From positions 415-64,414 of the forward strand of contig JBAZFU010000001.1 in assembly GCA_041653195.1 (NCBI GenBank): a DNA stretch of 64,000 nt, in the 5' to 3' direction. This DNA is from an archaeon. GTDB lineage: Archaea; Iainarchaeota; Iainarchaeia; Iainarchaeales; JAAZKV01. Below the pieces are notes generated by a model that ran no database searches, was not told where the DNA came from, and saw nothing but the letters and a program-made list of their open reading frames with translations. This document shows positions 45,031 through 55,767 of the stretch, in pieces (the first letter of the stretch is position 1; each line of letters begins with the position of its first letter). The position numbers and the translations under genes are program-made.

Positions 45031-46044
45031 TTATTTCTTTCCTTCCAATTTTGCCTTCTTAACCGCTTTGTCCACGTAATCCCTCAAAACGCCTTTGTAT
45101 TCAGAATTCATTTTCTCAACTACGCGAACCTGCTTCTTCGGCAAATTGTTGCCCAAATTAGAAAAAGATTCTGCGAGTTTTGAAAACTCTGCGGGGAAAA
45201 AAATCTTCGACCCTTTACCCTTGGACATTCCTTCAATTGCTCTGATGTAATAATACGCAAGAGCCTTTTCATCCAAATCCGCCGCAGCCTCTTTGACCGC
45301 CTGAATCTCTGCCTTATGAGCCAAAGCGCGCTCCATTCTCGCAAGTTTTTCCTGCACAGCGGCTTTCTCTTCGTGCATCGCCTGAAGAACAATATCGGGA
45401 ATCTGAATGTCTTTTATCTCAACTGAATCAATTGTTATTCCCCAATCGGCAGAAATTTCTTCCAAATTAATTTTAAGCTGCTTATTCAATTCCTCAATAT
45501 TTGAAAGCACGTCACTCAACGGCATCGCACCAACAACATCACGCAAAGCAGAAACAACAAAAAGCTGCGCCGACCCAATATAATCTTTTACTTCAATTAC
45601 CGCATTAACAACACTCTGATTATCCTTCTTCACGCGCATGTAAATTATTGCATCAATAATTAATTCGATAGAATCCTTGGTTACCACTTCCTGCTTAGGA
45701 ACATCAATAGTCTGAATCCTCAAATCAACTTTTGTGTAAGTCTCAATAACCGGCCAAATCCACGCCCAACCCGGGCCGCCGACCCTGTTAACCTTTCCAA
45801 ACCTAAAAATAACTGCTCTTTCATAGTCAAGAAGCTGCAAAATAAAATCATATTTCCAAATTAGAAAAAGAAAAACCGCTGCCAAAGCGACCCACAAAAT
45901 ATTCTGAATCACAAAATCCCTATATGCAACAAGCGCAATCAAAAAAGCAATTACAATAAGAATTATCCCAAAAAAAACGGCATATTTAAAATTGGATTCA
46001 GCCATCAAAATCACACACTTTTCGATTTTTCCACTTTTCTTCAA
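45031..46044 (-). CDS. SPFH/band-7 (stomatin/prohibitin-like) membrane protein
   Basis: N-terminal TM helix, then YERAVIFRFGKV...VDLRIQTIDVPKQEVVTKD, a typical SPFH core. The start is TTG 46044 or ATG 46005. Confidence 0.85.
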   Translation of the reverse strand: MKKSGKIEKCVILMAESNFKYAVFFGIILIVIAFLIALVAYRDFVIQNILWVALAAVFLFLIWKYDFILQLLDYERAVIFRFGKVNRVGGPGWAWIWPVIETYTKVDLRIQTIDVPKQEVVTKDSIELIIDAIIYMRVKKDNQSVVNAVIEVKDYIGSAQLFVVSALRDVVGAMPLSDVLSNIEELNKQLKINLEEISADWGITIDSVEIKDIQIPDIVLQAMHEEKAAVQEKLARMERALAHKAEIQAVKEAAADLDEKALAYYYIRAIEGMSKGKGSKIFFPAEFSKLAESFSNLGNNLPKKQVRVVEKMNSEYKGVLRDYVDKAVKKAKLEGKK

Positions 46045-46060
46045 CCTTTTTTAAAAAGCC

Positions 46061-46088
46061 CTTCGCCAGCCTTTTAAGCAAAAGGCAG
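46061..46088. repeat. Further copy of the hairpin family
   Basis: cttcgcca + gcctttt-aagc-aaaaggc (46069-46086), in the divergent intergenic region. The 5' flank matches unit C at 3578-3585. Confidence 0.4.
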
Positions 46089-46164
46089 ATAAGTAACTTG
46101 TCACGTTTATATATATAAGTGTTTCTCAGCAACAAATATTTTGAAATATTTTGAAGTGTTTTGA

Positions 46165-47391
46165 ATGAAAAAAACCGTTTTCGTAGTGTGCGTCGACAGA
46201 GACAACGACCTTGGAAGAAAAGCAAACATACGGGGCCCGGTAATAGGGAAAGAAAACAACCTCGATGCCGCGATAAAACTTTCTCTCGCAGACCCTACCG
46301 AAAGCGACGCCAACACCATGTTCGCCGCAATAAAAAAATTAGACGAAGCGAAAAAAGAATACTCCCATGTGGAAGTGGTTACTCTAACGGGCTACGGAAA
46401 AACCGGCCTCCAATCAGACAAAGAAATAAACGCACAGCTTGACAAACTCCAAAAAAAATATTCCATAAGCGGATGGATACTATTGACGGATGGAATGGAA
46501 GATTCCCAAGTCATTCCAATTCTTCAATCAAGAGCAAAAATAATTTCAACCGAAGAAGTGATAATCAAACAAGCGCAAGCCGTGGAATCAACTTTTTACA
46601 CAATAAAAGAGGCGCTGAAAGATCCTGGCGTTGCGAGACTCGCATTCGGAGTTCCCGGGCTTTTACTTGTTCTCATCGGAGGAATGCTGGAATTCGGACA
46701 ATTTTCTCTTCAAATAATTTCACTGGTCCTAGGCACATATATGCTTCTCAAAGGATTCGGAATAGAGGAAAGAATTTTTGGATTCCTAAAAGAAGTTTCT
46801 GCAAGTTTTTCCGAACAAAGAATAAGTGCGTTTATGTACATTGCCGCGACACTCATCCCACTTCTTGGAATCTGGGCACTCTACTGGCAATTAATCACAT
46901 CAAATTATCTTGATATCAGCCTAAACATAGCGTCGGCAGTAAAATCGACGCTTCCGATTTTTACGCTTGCAGCTTTGTTCCTCGGCGCAGGAAAAGCCAT
47001 GGACTCATTCCACTTCAAAAAAGTATACCTTCTAGGAAAATATCTCATTTGGATGATTTCAATATTGCTCCTGTGGGCAATAATAGACGCCGGAACATCA
47101 GTATTCCTAAGACAGGCAACACTGGACTGGTTCCTCACAACAATAATGATTAGCCTTGTAATTCTTGTAATCTCAATGAGAATAGGAAACGTGTTCGATA
47201 TCAGGGAAAAGATAACAAAACTCCTTGTAGGGACAAACGTCCTTGATGAAGACGGAAACCTGTTGGGCAAGGTAACACAAATAGACCGAAAAAAAGAAAG
47301 CATTACATTCATGAACGCGAAAAAAAAAGAAATTGAAAAAACAAAAAAAGAATTCACACTGCAAAACGGAAAAATAATACTTCCTTCATAG
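46165..47391 (+). CDS. DUF373-like archaeal membrane protein
   Basis: N-terminal VFVVCVDRDNDLGRKANIRGPVIGKENNLDAAIKLSLADPTESDANTMFAAIK matches my memory of DUF373, followed by ~6 TM helices. Confidence 0.6.
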   Translation: MKKTVFVVCVDRDNDLGRKANIRGPVIGKENNLDAAIKLSLADPTESDANTMFAAIKKLDEAKKEYSHVEVVTLTGYGKTGLQSDKEINAQLDKLQKKYSISGWILLTDGMEDSQVIPILQSRAKIISTEEVIIKQAQAVESTFYTIKEALKDPGVARLAFGVPGLLLVLIGGMLEFGQFSLQIISLVLGTYMLLKGFGIEERIFGFLKEVSASFSEQRISAFMYIAATLIPLLGIWALYWQLITSNYLDISLNIASAVKSTLPIFTLAALFLGAGKAMDSFHFKKVYLLGKYLIWMISILLLWAIIDAGTSVFLRQATLDWFLTTIMISLVILVISMRIGNVFDIREKITKLLVGTNVLDEDGNLLGKVTQIDRKKESITFMNAKKKEIEKTKKEFTLQNGKIILPS

Positions 47392-47437
47392 AACAAATAA
47401 TAAATTTCAACTTCTGGTTTTTTATTTCGCCAAATTT

Positions 47438-49447
47438 TTATTCAACATCCGGATTAACACACAAATTCATCGAAGACTTGGAGCCTGGAACACAAACAAT
47501 TTTTTCCAAAAGACCAATGAGCCTGTCGCGCTTCTGCCCTTTCTCAAAAGCAATTTTCAAAACCTCCGAAATGTTAGAAACCGGATAAATTTTTATCTTC
47601 GCCAACTCTGCCTTCGAAATAACAATGTCCCTTAAATTTGCTTTCGGGATTATCACTCCTTTAAAACCCGCTTGTATAGCGGCAGTAATTTTGGAAGAAA
47701 CTCCTCCAACAGGCAAAACCTCTCCGCGAACACTCAAAGAACCAGTCATTGCCAGTTCCTGATTAACAGGAATAACTTCTATTGCGGAAATTACCGCAGT
47801 TGCTATCGAAATTGCGGCAGAATCGCCTTCAACCCCCTCATAGGTTTGAAGGAACTGTATGTGCATATCTTGCGTCGAAAAAGTTTTTCCCGAAATTTTT
47901 TTAAAAATAACAGACACGTTTTGCACGGCTTCTTTCGCTATTTCTCCGAGCTTTCCTGTCGCAATAACCCTACCTTCGCTTTTGCTTCCCGAAGGCGAAA
48001 CCGCCGCCTCAATCGGAATAATGCTTCCAGCACTTCCATCCCCAAAAACAGCTAATCCATTTACCCTTCCAACTACACTTCCCTTTGTTAGATAAACCTC
48101 GTAATCCTTCTTCATCTCAATCGCCTTATCAATCATTTGCCTCTCAAGAGTTTTTGAAGAAAGCTTTGCTTCATAAACATCCTCGGTCAAAACTAAGTTG
48201 TGAGATTTTTCTCTTGCAACATCCCCTGCGGCGCGAACCAATCCGCCCAAGTCACGCAATTTAAGCGTAAGTTTTCCTTTTCTCTCGGCACGACGCCTAG
48301 CTTCAAAAATTATTTCATCAACCGCGCCTCTTTCAAAATGAGGAATCTTTTTGTCCTTCACAACTTCCTGCGCGACAAACTGCGCAATCTTGAATCTATT
48401 AGCGTCATTGTCCTCCATATCAAGGTTCATATAAACCTCGTAACCGTAACCGCGGATCCTTGAACGCAAAGCAGGATGCACTTTTGCCAAATCATCGTAG
48501 CCGCCGGCCGCAACCAAAACAAAATCACATGGAACGGGGTCTGTTCGCGTCATCGCACCGCTCGAATTCTCACTCTGCCCAGTAATCGCATATTTTTTTT
48601 CCTGCATCGCCGAAAGCAATTCCTGCTGCGACTTATATGAAAGCGTCGAAATTTCATCAAGGAACAAAACACCGCCCGAAGCACGGTGAATGTATCCAGG
48701 CTCAACTCTCAAATGCGCAGGAGTCCCTAACCCTCCGGATTGCAACGGATCGTGCCTAACATCTCCGAGCAAAGCACCGGCTCTGCTCCCTGTCGCTTCA
48801 AAAAAAGGCGCTGTTTTTTTTCCAAGATTATTTACCAAAAGTTTCGGAGTCAAAACATTCTCTTTGCCGCGCATCTGACTACCAAGAGAAAGGCCTACGA
48901 GCAAAAAAGCGCCAATCAAAAGAAGCGCTGCAAAAATAATGTCTGAATACCAGTTCAACTGCCACAACACGCCGGCAATAATCATCCAACCAAGAGGCAA
49001 AATAAAAGAAATCATTCTCATCGAATCAGAAACACGCCTCGCTTCCAGAGAAGCCTCGTCCATAATTTTTTTGCCGTCGCCTGCTTTTACAGTTCTGACT
49101 TTCGGATTATTCGGATCCTCTTCATTCGGATAAATTAAAATATCTTCAAGTTTCTGCACAGGCAAAATTTCCGACATGGCCTGCGCGAGCAAAGACTTTC
49201 CAGTGCCGGGCACCCCTACAAGCAAAACATTTCTCTTCTGCGCCGCCGCTTTCCTCACAATTTTTACACTATCATCCTGCCCAATTATCTGATCAATAAG
49301 CCTCTTAGGCACCTGAATTTCGGAGGTGTCCTTGAAAGAAAATACTTTGAATCCCCCATACATTTTTTGCGCAGGCTGCGCATGCTTGCTCGCCGCCTTT
49401 GCTTTGAGACGACTTGAATTCCCGCGTTTAACTTTCTTAGGAGGCAT
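47438..49447 (-). CDS. lonB: Archaeal membrane-bound Lon protease (LonB)
   Basis: Walker A GVPGTGKS with a TM insertion after it, an AAA+ core and a C-terminal protease Ser region [16 protein letters not shown]. Confidence 0.9.
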   Translation of the reverse strand: MPPKKVKRGNSSRLKAKAASKHAQPAQKMYGGFKVFSFKDTSEIQVPKRLIDQIIGQDDSVKIVRKAAAQKRNVLLVGVPGTGKSLLAQAMSEILPVQKLEDILIYPNEEDPNNPKVRTVKAGDGKKIMDEASLEARRVSDSMRMISFILPLGWMIIAGVLWQLNWYSDIIFAALLLIGAFLLVGLSLGSQMRGKENVLTPKLLVNNLGKKTAPFFEATGSRAGALLGDVRHDPLQSGGLGTPAHLRVEPGYIHRASGGVLFLDEISTLSYKSQQELLSAMQEKKYAITGQSENSSGAMTRTDPVPCDFVLVAAGGYDDLAKVHPALRSRIRGYGYEVYMNLDMEDNDANRFKIAQFVAQEVVKDKKIPHFERGAVDEIIFEARRRAERKGKLTLKLRDLGGLVRAAGDVAREKSHNLVLTEDVYEAKLSSKTLERQMIDKAIEMKKDYEVYLTKGSVVGRVNGLAVFGDGSAGSIIPIEAAVSPSGSKSEGRVIATGKLGEIAKEAVQNVSVIFKKISGKTFSTQDMHIQFLQTYEGVEGDSAAISIATAVISAIEVIPVNQELAMTGSLSVRGEVLPVGGVSSKITAAIQAGFKGVIIPKANLRDIVISKAELAKIKIYPVSNISEVLKIAFEKGQKRDRLIGLLEKIVCVPGSKSSMNLCVNPDVE

Positions 49448-49487
49448 ACAAATAATCTCTCAATAAAAGGGTTAAAAAGGTTGTGAA

Positions 49488-49808
49488 ATGATTTGGCATT
49501 ACACAGTGGCAAAAACGAAAAAAGGAAAAATACTTAAACAACAAACGAGAAATTTAATAATGCCAAAATTAAGAATTCCAGACAGTGCGGTTCTCAAAAG
49601 AAAACAGCGCAATGCAAGAAATCATCATTTGGAAAAGGTAAAAAGAAAACGCGCGGAATTCATAAGCGTCCTGCGCGAAATTAAGGGGCAAAAACCTTTG
49701 GATGCTCACCCTCACAGACCCTGGATGGAAAGACACACGATGAAAGCACTAAGTAAAACCGTCAGAAACGGCGACAGAAAGCTTACAAATCATCACTCTG
49801 AACCTTAA
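49488..49808 (+). CDS. Hypothetical basic protein (doubtful)
   Basis: This is the only long ORF in a 413-bp gap. It is R/K/H-rich with no motif. An alternative start is ATG 49560. Confidence 0.3.
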   Translation: MIWHYTVAKTKKGKILKQQTRNLIMPKLRIPDSAVLKRKQRNARNHHLEKVKRKRAEFISVLREIKGQKPLDAHPHRPWMERHTMKALSKTVRNGDRKLTNHHSEP

Positions 49809-49860
49809 AAAATTTCACCCAACAAAAACCTATTTAAAACAAGGTCAATCAAATTCTTTC

Positions 49861-50769
49861 ATGGAACCGATAAAAATAACTTTTTTAGGCACCTCGGGCT
49901 CTGTTCCCCAAAAAGAAAGAAACTTTGCGAGCGCACTAATCGCATTCAGAGGGCATAACTTTCTATTTGACTGCCCCGAAGGAACTCAAAAACAACTGAT
50001 GATTTCCGAGCACTCTTTAATGAAAATTCAAAACATTTTCATTTCGCACATGCACGCCGACCACTTCCTCGGCCTCTTCGGATGGATAGCGACAATGACA
50101 CTCAACCAAAGAAAAGAAAAACTCTCAATTTTTTCTCCAAGAGGGGGAACAAAAAAAATAAAAAAAATGATGAAAGAAGTGGTGATGCCGAGTTTCGAAA
50201 TAGAATACAAAGAAATCAAAAGCGGTTTGCTGATTAAAAACGAGTTTCTTCAGATAAGCGCGTTTCCCCTGAAACACGAAATTCCATGCTATGGTTTTGT
50301 TTTCAAAGAAACTGAAAAAATAGGCGCGTTCGACAGGAAAAAAGCGGAAAAACTTGGAATACCTGCAGGGCCATTATACTCAAAACTGGTTGCGGGAGAA
50401 AAAATTAAATTAAACGGAAAAACTTTTACTCAAAAAGACGTCATGGATTATTCACAGAAACGCGCCGGAAGAAAAATTGTTATCGTTTCGGACACACGCC
50501 CATTGAAAGAAACGATTCTGAATGCAAAAGACGCGAACATACTTGTACATGAAGCGACTTTCATCGAAGAACAAAAAGACAAAGCTATTGAAAGTTTGCA
50601 CAGCACGGCGCTCGAAGCCGGAGAAATAGCAAAAAAATCATGCGTGAAAAAACTTGTACTGTTCCACTTCAGCGCAAGAAACAACGATGAAAAAAAAATA
50701 CTTGACGAAGCAAAAAAAATGTTCAAAGAAACCATTGCTGCAAAAGATTTTGATACGATTTCAATATGA
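49861..50769 (+). CDS. rnz: Ribonuclease Z (tRNA 3' endonuclease)
   Basis: MBL motif HMHADHFLGL and FLGTSGSVP at the N-terminus, with typical length. Confidence 0.9.
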   Translation: MEPIKITFLGTSGSVPQKERNFASALIAFRGHNFLFDCPEGTQKQLMISEHSLMKIQNIFISHMHADHFLGLFGWIATMTLNQRKEKLSIFSPRGGTKKIKKMMKEVVMPSFEIEYKEIKSGLLIKNEFLQISAFPLKHEIPCYGFVFKETEKIGAFDRKKAEKLGIPAGPLYSKLVAGEKIKLNGKTFTQKDVMDYSQKRAGRKIVIVSDTRPLKETILNAKDANILVHEATFIEEQKDKAIESLHSTALEAGEIAKKSCVKKLVLFHFSARNNDEKKILDEAKKMFKETIAAKDFDTISI

Positions 50770-50785
50770 ACGCGCGACTAGTCTT

Positions 50786-51358
50786 TCAAAGTGATTCTTT
50801 TTTTTCCGCAGGAATTTCATTCGCACTGATTTCTTCCAAAATTTTTCCCTTATGAGAATCCTCAACAAGATGCAGAAGCTCCGACTCTTTTTGGATAAGC
50901 TCCGACTCCTTAACAGTCATCATTTTTTCAAAAACGTTGTCCCTTATCTCGCGTTTTAAAAGCTTGGCTTCAAGAACACCCATCTCATGCCTGAGAGCCT
51001 CCGTTTCACGAAGCAGAGAAATTATTTTTACCTTTAAACGCTTCGGCGGATTCGGAATCCTGCTCAAAATATCTTCCGCCTTTTTTCTCGCGGATTGCGA
51101 AGCCGGACGACTAAGCGCCGCTCTTTCCAACTCATAGGAAACCAAATCAGATTCAAACCCGCTTACAAGCGAATCAAAAACATTCTTTGAAATCTTTCTT
51201 TGCAAAAACTTTTTTTCAGCCAAACGAAGCTTGGACCTTGTAATATCAATATGGGCATCAAGTTGCGCAACAACCGCGCTTTCCCTGGACAGCAGATAGT
51301 AAAGCCAAAGAAGAATTATCAAAACAACTAGAAGCACCACTGCCAATACTTCAATCAT
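50786..51358 (-). CDS. Membrane-anchored coiled-coil protein with an internal duplication
   Basis: One N-terminal TM helix and two SHOCT-like segments (KKFLQRKISKNVFDSL... and AKLLKREIRDNVFEKM...). Confidence 0.45.
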   Translation of the reverse strand: MIEVLAVVLLVVLIILLWLYYLLSRESAVVAQLDAHIDITRSKLRLAEKKFLQRKISKNVFDSLVSGFESDLVSYELERAALSRPASQSARKKAEDILSRIPNPPKRLKVKIISLLRETEALRHEMGVLEAKLLKREIRDNVFEKMMTVKESELIQKESELLHLVEDSHKGKILEEISANEIPAEKKESL

Positions 51359-51492
51359 ACAAAAATAATGGTTTTAGTTAATTTATTCCTTTCCTTTTAA
51401 AAAAATCTAACAAAGAAGCTCAAATTAAAAACAATCAATCAAAGTTTCCTAAAAAAAATATTTCCAAAAAAACAGCTAAATAATCAAAAAAA

Positions 51493-52176
51493 TTAAACTC
51501 TCACGGTTTCTCCCGGAGCCAAAACAACAGGCCTTGTTTTAAGCAAACTCTTCTCAATCCGTTTTTTAAAATCCTTCGGATCCGCCCTGGTTGATTCAAA
51601 AAGATTATATTGCATTGGAATAACTATTCGCGGCTTAATCATTTTTGTAGCACGTACCGCATCCACAACATCCATCGAATTCCTTCCGCCTATTGGAAGA
51701 AGAGCGACATCGGCTTCGGTTCCGCTAAATGAATCGAGCAGTGCGGTAACCCCTGCGTGATAAATTTTCGTGCTATCCAAATCAATAACAAATCCCATCG
51801 GATAAAAACTTTTTGGGCAGTGAGCAATCGCGGTTTTTATTTTCGCGCCCTTCAAAAATAATTCTGAATTAGATGAAATCGGAACTTTCATATTCCTTGG
51901 AAGACTAAGCTGATTCAATACAATATCATGCGCCATAACAGGCGCCTTGCTTGCACAACAAATTTCTTCAACAGCCCGCTTATCAAAATGTTCAGGAGTT
52001 TCATTGGACAAAAGCACGAAAGAAACGTTCTTCAAATCCTTCGGCTTTACCGGAATCTTTGCAATGCGTTTAAAATCAGTTTTAGTAGAATCAAAAATCG
52101 GGTCAATTATTATGTTGCCTGATTTGCCTCCAATTCTAAAAAAGGAGTGCCCAAAGTACTGGACCTCTACCATCAA
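51493..52176 (-). CDS. Metallo-beta-lactamase-fold hydrolase (UPF0173-like)
   Basis: VQYFGHSFFRI...IIIDPIF N-terminus and overall size fit the family. The canonical HxHxDH reads ETPEHFD here. Confidence 0.65.
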   Translation of the reverse strand: MMVEVQYFGHSFFRIGGKSGNIIIDPIFDSTKTDFKRIAKIPVKPKDLKNVSFVLLSNETPEHFDKRAVEEICCASKAPVMAHDIVLNQLSLPRNMKVPISSNSELFLKGAKIKTAIAHCPKSFYPMGFVIDLDSTKIYHAGVTALLDSFSGTEADVALLPIGGRNSMDVVDAVRATKMIKPRIVIPMQYNLFESTRADPKDFKKRIEKSLLKTRPVVLAPGETVRV

Positions 52177-52339
52177 AAAACCCGCGCTCTCGTTCCCTTC
52201 AATACAATATAATAGCCAAGTGTAATTTAAAGGTGCCTGAAAAAAAGCTCAAAAAACAGCAAAAGAACGAAAAAATAAAAAAAATACGAAAAACATGTCC
52301 GAAAAAGGTTATTTAATACTTAAGAACAAAATATTGATT

Positions 52340-53137
52340 ATGAAAAAAGCTTTCATACTGCCGATTGCATTGATTCTATTCTTTCTAATTGTTCCAGTTT
52401 ATGCGCAGGAATATGAAATAGGCACTCATGAAGTAAGAATACAAGTTGATTCAAACGGAAATGCTTCCGCTACAGAAAGATTTTACCTTAATTTTCCAAA
52501 TGAAACCGAAAGAGCCTCGTTTAGAACAACAAGCACACAACTCGGCTCTGACATGGACAAATGGCTGCAATTCAACTCAAAATTTCAGCCAAACATAAAA
52601 AATCCGAATGCTAAAGACGGCGGAATTTCAAATAAAAAAATTTATTACAACGAAGGCCAAGACACCTATCTTGAAATAAGTTATAATCTAGACGACCCTC
52701 TAATGGCAAAACTTAACGAGACTCCTACCGGAAGCGAATTCGCACTAAAAGCTATTTTTCTCAACAATTTTTTCGAATTCGGACTATGGGTAATTCCCGA
52801 CAATACAAAAATAATAATTGAATTACCTCTAGAAGCAGAAGTAAGAGAACCTGTAGAACCAGCGGCAGTAGTTTCGCAAATCGGTTCAAAAAAAGTTGTT
52901 CAATGGGAAGGATACAAAAGCGGAAACAACCTAGAACTGAGATATGTCCTTTGGAAGCAAATAGCAATAGACTTTAACCTTTTCACAACACTTAACAACC
53001 TAATTTTCACAGAAACAGGAATTTCAATTATAATAATCGTGGCAATAATAATTGGCGCGATTTTTTATTCAAGAAAAAAAATATCCCAAAAAGTAGAGGA
53101 TTTTGTCGCCGACAATTCAAAACTCGAAGACGACTAA
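52340..53137 (+). CDS. Secreted protein with a C-terminal TM anchor, function unknown
   Basis: Signal peptide MKKAFILPIALILFFLIVPVYA, a C-terminal TM helix and an acidic tail. The track ORF starts upstream at 52295. Confidence 0.5.
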   Translation: MKKAFILPIALILFFLIVPVYAQEYEIGTHEVRIQVDSNGNASATERFYLNFPNETERASFRTTSTQLGSDMDKWLQFNSKFQPNIKNPNAKDGGISNKKIYYNEGQDTYLEISYNLDDPLMAKLNETPTGSEFALKAIFLNNFFEFGLWVIPDNTKIIIELPLEAEVREPVEPAAVVSQIGSKKVVQWEGYKSGNNLELRYVLWKQIAIDFNLFTTLNNLIFTETGISIIIIVAIIIGAIFYSRKKISQKVEDFVADNSKLEDD

Positions 53138-53167
53138 AAAATTTTTAAATCACAACCGAACTATTCA

Positions 53168-54463
53168 TTACTCCGAAAAATTTGAATTAATCCTTGCTAC
53201 CACATTCTCTTTAGAAATCAATTCAGAAGCCGCAATCAAATCTTTTACTTTCTTTGAATCCTTTTTCGCCGAAAGCAATTCGGCTAATTCCTTCTCATCA
53301 AAACCGAAAAAATGAACCATTGGCGGCGCAACAGACTTATTCTCAAGCATTAATTTGAAAAAAGGCAAGTCCTTCATCGCCTGACGGCGGGAACAATGAG
53401 TTCCCTTCCCTATTTTCGCAGCAACATTTTTGCGAGCTTCTCTGCCGGCGGTGCTCGCTGAAAGCGAACCAAGCAAAGAAGGAAACTGAAAAGGAATCCA
53501 TCCGTAATATTCTTTAGTTCTTGAAAGGCCAACACCAGCAGTTGCAAGCAAACTCGAATAACGAAGGAAACCGTAATTCTGACGCCTAAAAATTCTGCCG
53601 TTAAAAACATCGGCTCGGCTAAGCTTGTCGAAAGCAACTGCAGAATCCTTTGGATCGAACTGGCGCGGAATATTCTCTTCCATCCAGCGAAAAAGCATTT
53701 CGCCGGAAACCTCTGAATCGAAAGTCGCCCCTTGAATTTCTTTCACAGAATTTCCTTTGAAAATTTTTGTCATTATTGAAAATATTTTTTCTTTGCGTTC
53801 ACGCGGAAAAAGCGCTTTCACTTTTTCAATAGTAACTGACGGCGCCAAACTTTCAAGATCAATGATTGCACTCCTAAAATCCCCTGCAGAATTTTTGGCC
53901 AATTCCTTTACAGCCTCGTCTTCAAAATCTATTCTTTCAAGTGCTGCTATTTCCCTCAGGCGTTTCGCAATACTAAAATAATTAATTTTTTTGAATTCTT
54001 TTAATTCAGCAAGCGTACGAAGAGGCACAAGTTTTTTATCGGAATAAATATTATTAGCTGTTAGAATTACCGGATTGCTTGACTCTTTTATTATTCGCAT
54101 TATTGCTTCGGCTCCGCCCCTGTCAACGGACTGTAGACCATCAACTTCATCAATCAAAATAAGGCGTCTGCCGCCGAAAAGCGAGGCGTTTGCAACAGCC
54201 GCACCCATCACTTTTTCGATTTCATCCTTGGATCTGAAATCAGAGGCATTTGTTTCGAACAACTGCCAGCCGAACTGCTTTGCGATCAAAAAAGCGAGAC
54301 AAGTTTTTCCCGCGCCGGTTTGCCCGAAAAAAAGAAGCGGCTTCTGCCTCTCGCCCTTCTGCCACTTTTCGGCCCACTTTCTCGCATCATCAACGATTTC
54401 GGAATTTCCTATGAATTCCTCAAAGTTTTTCGGAAAATATTTGTCAATAAGCAGGAGCGTCAT
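53168..54463 (-). CDS. rfcL: Replication factor C large subunit
   Basis: LIDKYFPKNFEEFIGN, Walker A GQTGAGKT and Walker B LILIDEVDGL. At 431 aa with a basic C-terminal region it fits RfcL. Confidence 0.85.
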   Translation of the reverse strand: MTLLLIDKYFPKNFEEFIGNSEIVDDARKWAEKWQKGERQKPLLFFGQTGAGKTCLAFLIAKQFGWQLFETNASDFRSKDEIEKVMGAAVANASLFGGRRLILIDEVDGLQSVDRGGAEAIMRIIKESSNPVILTANNIYSDKKLVPLRTLAELKEFKKINYFSIAKRLREIAALERIDFEDEAVKELAKNSAGDFRSAIIDLESLAPSVTIEKVKALFPRERKEKIFSIMTKIFKGNSVKEIQGATFDSEVSGEMLFRWMEENIPRQFDPKDSAVAFDKLSRADVFNGRIFRRQNYGFLRYSSLLATAGVGLSRTKEYYGWIPFQFPSLLGSLSASTAGREARKNVAAKIGKGTHCSRRQAMKDLPFFKLMLENKSVAPPMVHFFGFDEKELAELLSAKKDSKKVKDLIAASELISKENVVARINSNFSE

Positions 54464-54522
54464 AAATCAACTATTTACCGCCACAAATTTAAATAAAACC
54501 CTTACTAATTATTTCTGATTAG

Positions 54523-55719
54523 ATGCAGATAGGAATAGTGGGAAAGCCGTCGAGCGGAAAAAGCACCTTCTTCAGCGCCGCAACACTCATAGACGTTGCA
54601 ATAGCAAGCTACCCATTCACCACAATAAACCCTAACAAAGGAATGGGTTTCGTGCGCGTGGAAGACGCTGGAAAATTTTTCGGAGTCCAAAGCAATCCGC
54701 GATACGGATTTGTAGTCGATTATGTGCGATATGTTCCGATTGAGTTGGTCGACGTTGCAGGATTGGTGCCGGGCGCGAATGAAGGAAGAGGACTTGGAAA
54801 CAAATTCCTCAACGATTTGAGCCAGGCGGATGCCCTTGTGCACGTTGTTGATGCCTCGGGAAGCACGGACGCGGAGGGAAAAACCGTTGCGGAAGGAAGC
54901 CACGATCCGTGCGAAGACGTTTCGTTCCTTGAAAAGGAAATCGATCTGTGGTTTTTGAAAATACTTGAAAACAACCTGCCGAAAGTGGCTAGAAACCCTG
55001 AAAAGGATCCAAGAAAAAGAATCGCGCTGCTTGCACAACATCTTGCAGGAGTAAAAATACTTTCGCCGCACGTGGAAAAAGCTTTGAAAATGCTTGAAAT
55101 AGAAGAAAAGAGGTTTGACGAGTGGAGTGAAGAGGACAAAAAAAACTTTGCAACAAAATGCAGGGAACTCAGCAAGCCCATAATAATCGCGGCGAACAAG
55201 TGCGACCTGCCGTCAGCCGAAAAAAATATTCAGCGCATGAGGGAAAAATTTCCTGGACAGATGATTGTGCCCTGTTCTGCGGCAAGCGAACTATCACTCA
55301 GAAAGGCGGCGAAACAAAAAATTTTGACTTATTATCCGGGGCAGAAGAATTTCGAAATAACCGGACAGATAAACGAAAAACAAAAAGACGGACTCGAAAT
55401 TATTCGAAAAAATGTTTTGGAAAAATTCGGCGGAACCGGTGTGCAAGATTGCCTCGACAAAACAGTTTTCGATTTCCTAAAATACATCTACGTTTTTCCT
55501 GGCGGAACAAAGGGGCTCGTCGATAAGGAAGGAAGAACGCTTCCGGATTGTTTCCTCATGCCCCATGAATCCAGAGCAATTGATTTCGCGTACGCGCTCC
55601 ATACGGATATGGGCGAAGGGTTCATCCGTGCGATTGACGTTAAAACAAAACAGGTTGTTGGAAAAGAGCACTTGCTCAAAGCCGGCGACGTCGTTGAAAT
55701 AGTTTTTAAGAAAAAATAA
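54523..55719 (+). CDS. Obg-family GTPase (YchF/DRG-like) with a C-terminal TGS domain
   Basis: G1 GKPSSGKST, G3 DVAGLV, G4 NKCD and a TGS-like C-terminus ending GDVVEIVFKK. Confidence 0.8.
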   Translation: MQIGIVGKPSSGKSTFFSAATLIDVAIASYPFTTINPNKGMGFVRVEDAGKFFGVQSNPRYGFVVDYVRYVPIELVDVAGLVPGANEGRGLGNKFLNDLSQADALVHVVDASGSTDAEGKTVAEGSHDPCEDVSFLEKEIDLWFLKILENNLPKVARNPEKDPRKRIALLAQHLAGVKILSPHVEKALKMLEIEEKRFDEWSEEDKKNFATKCRELSKPIIIAANKCDLPSAEKNIQRMREKFPGQMIVPCSAASELSLRKAAKQKILTYYPGQKNFEITGQINEKQKDGLEIIRKNVLEKFGGTGVQDCLDKTVFDFLKYIYVFPGGTKGLVDKEGRTLPDCFLMPHESRAIDFAYALHTDMGEGFIRAIDVKTKQVVGKEHLLKAGDVVEIVFKKK

Positions 55720-55767
55720 AGTCTAAAAAAACTAATACGAAAAGGCTGCCAAAAAAAATGGCTTAAA

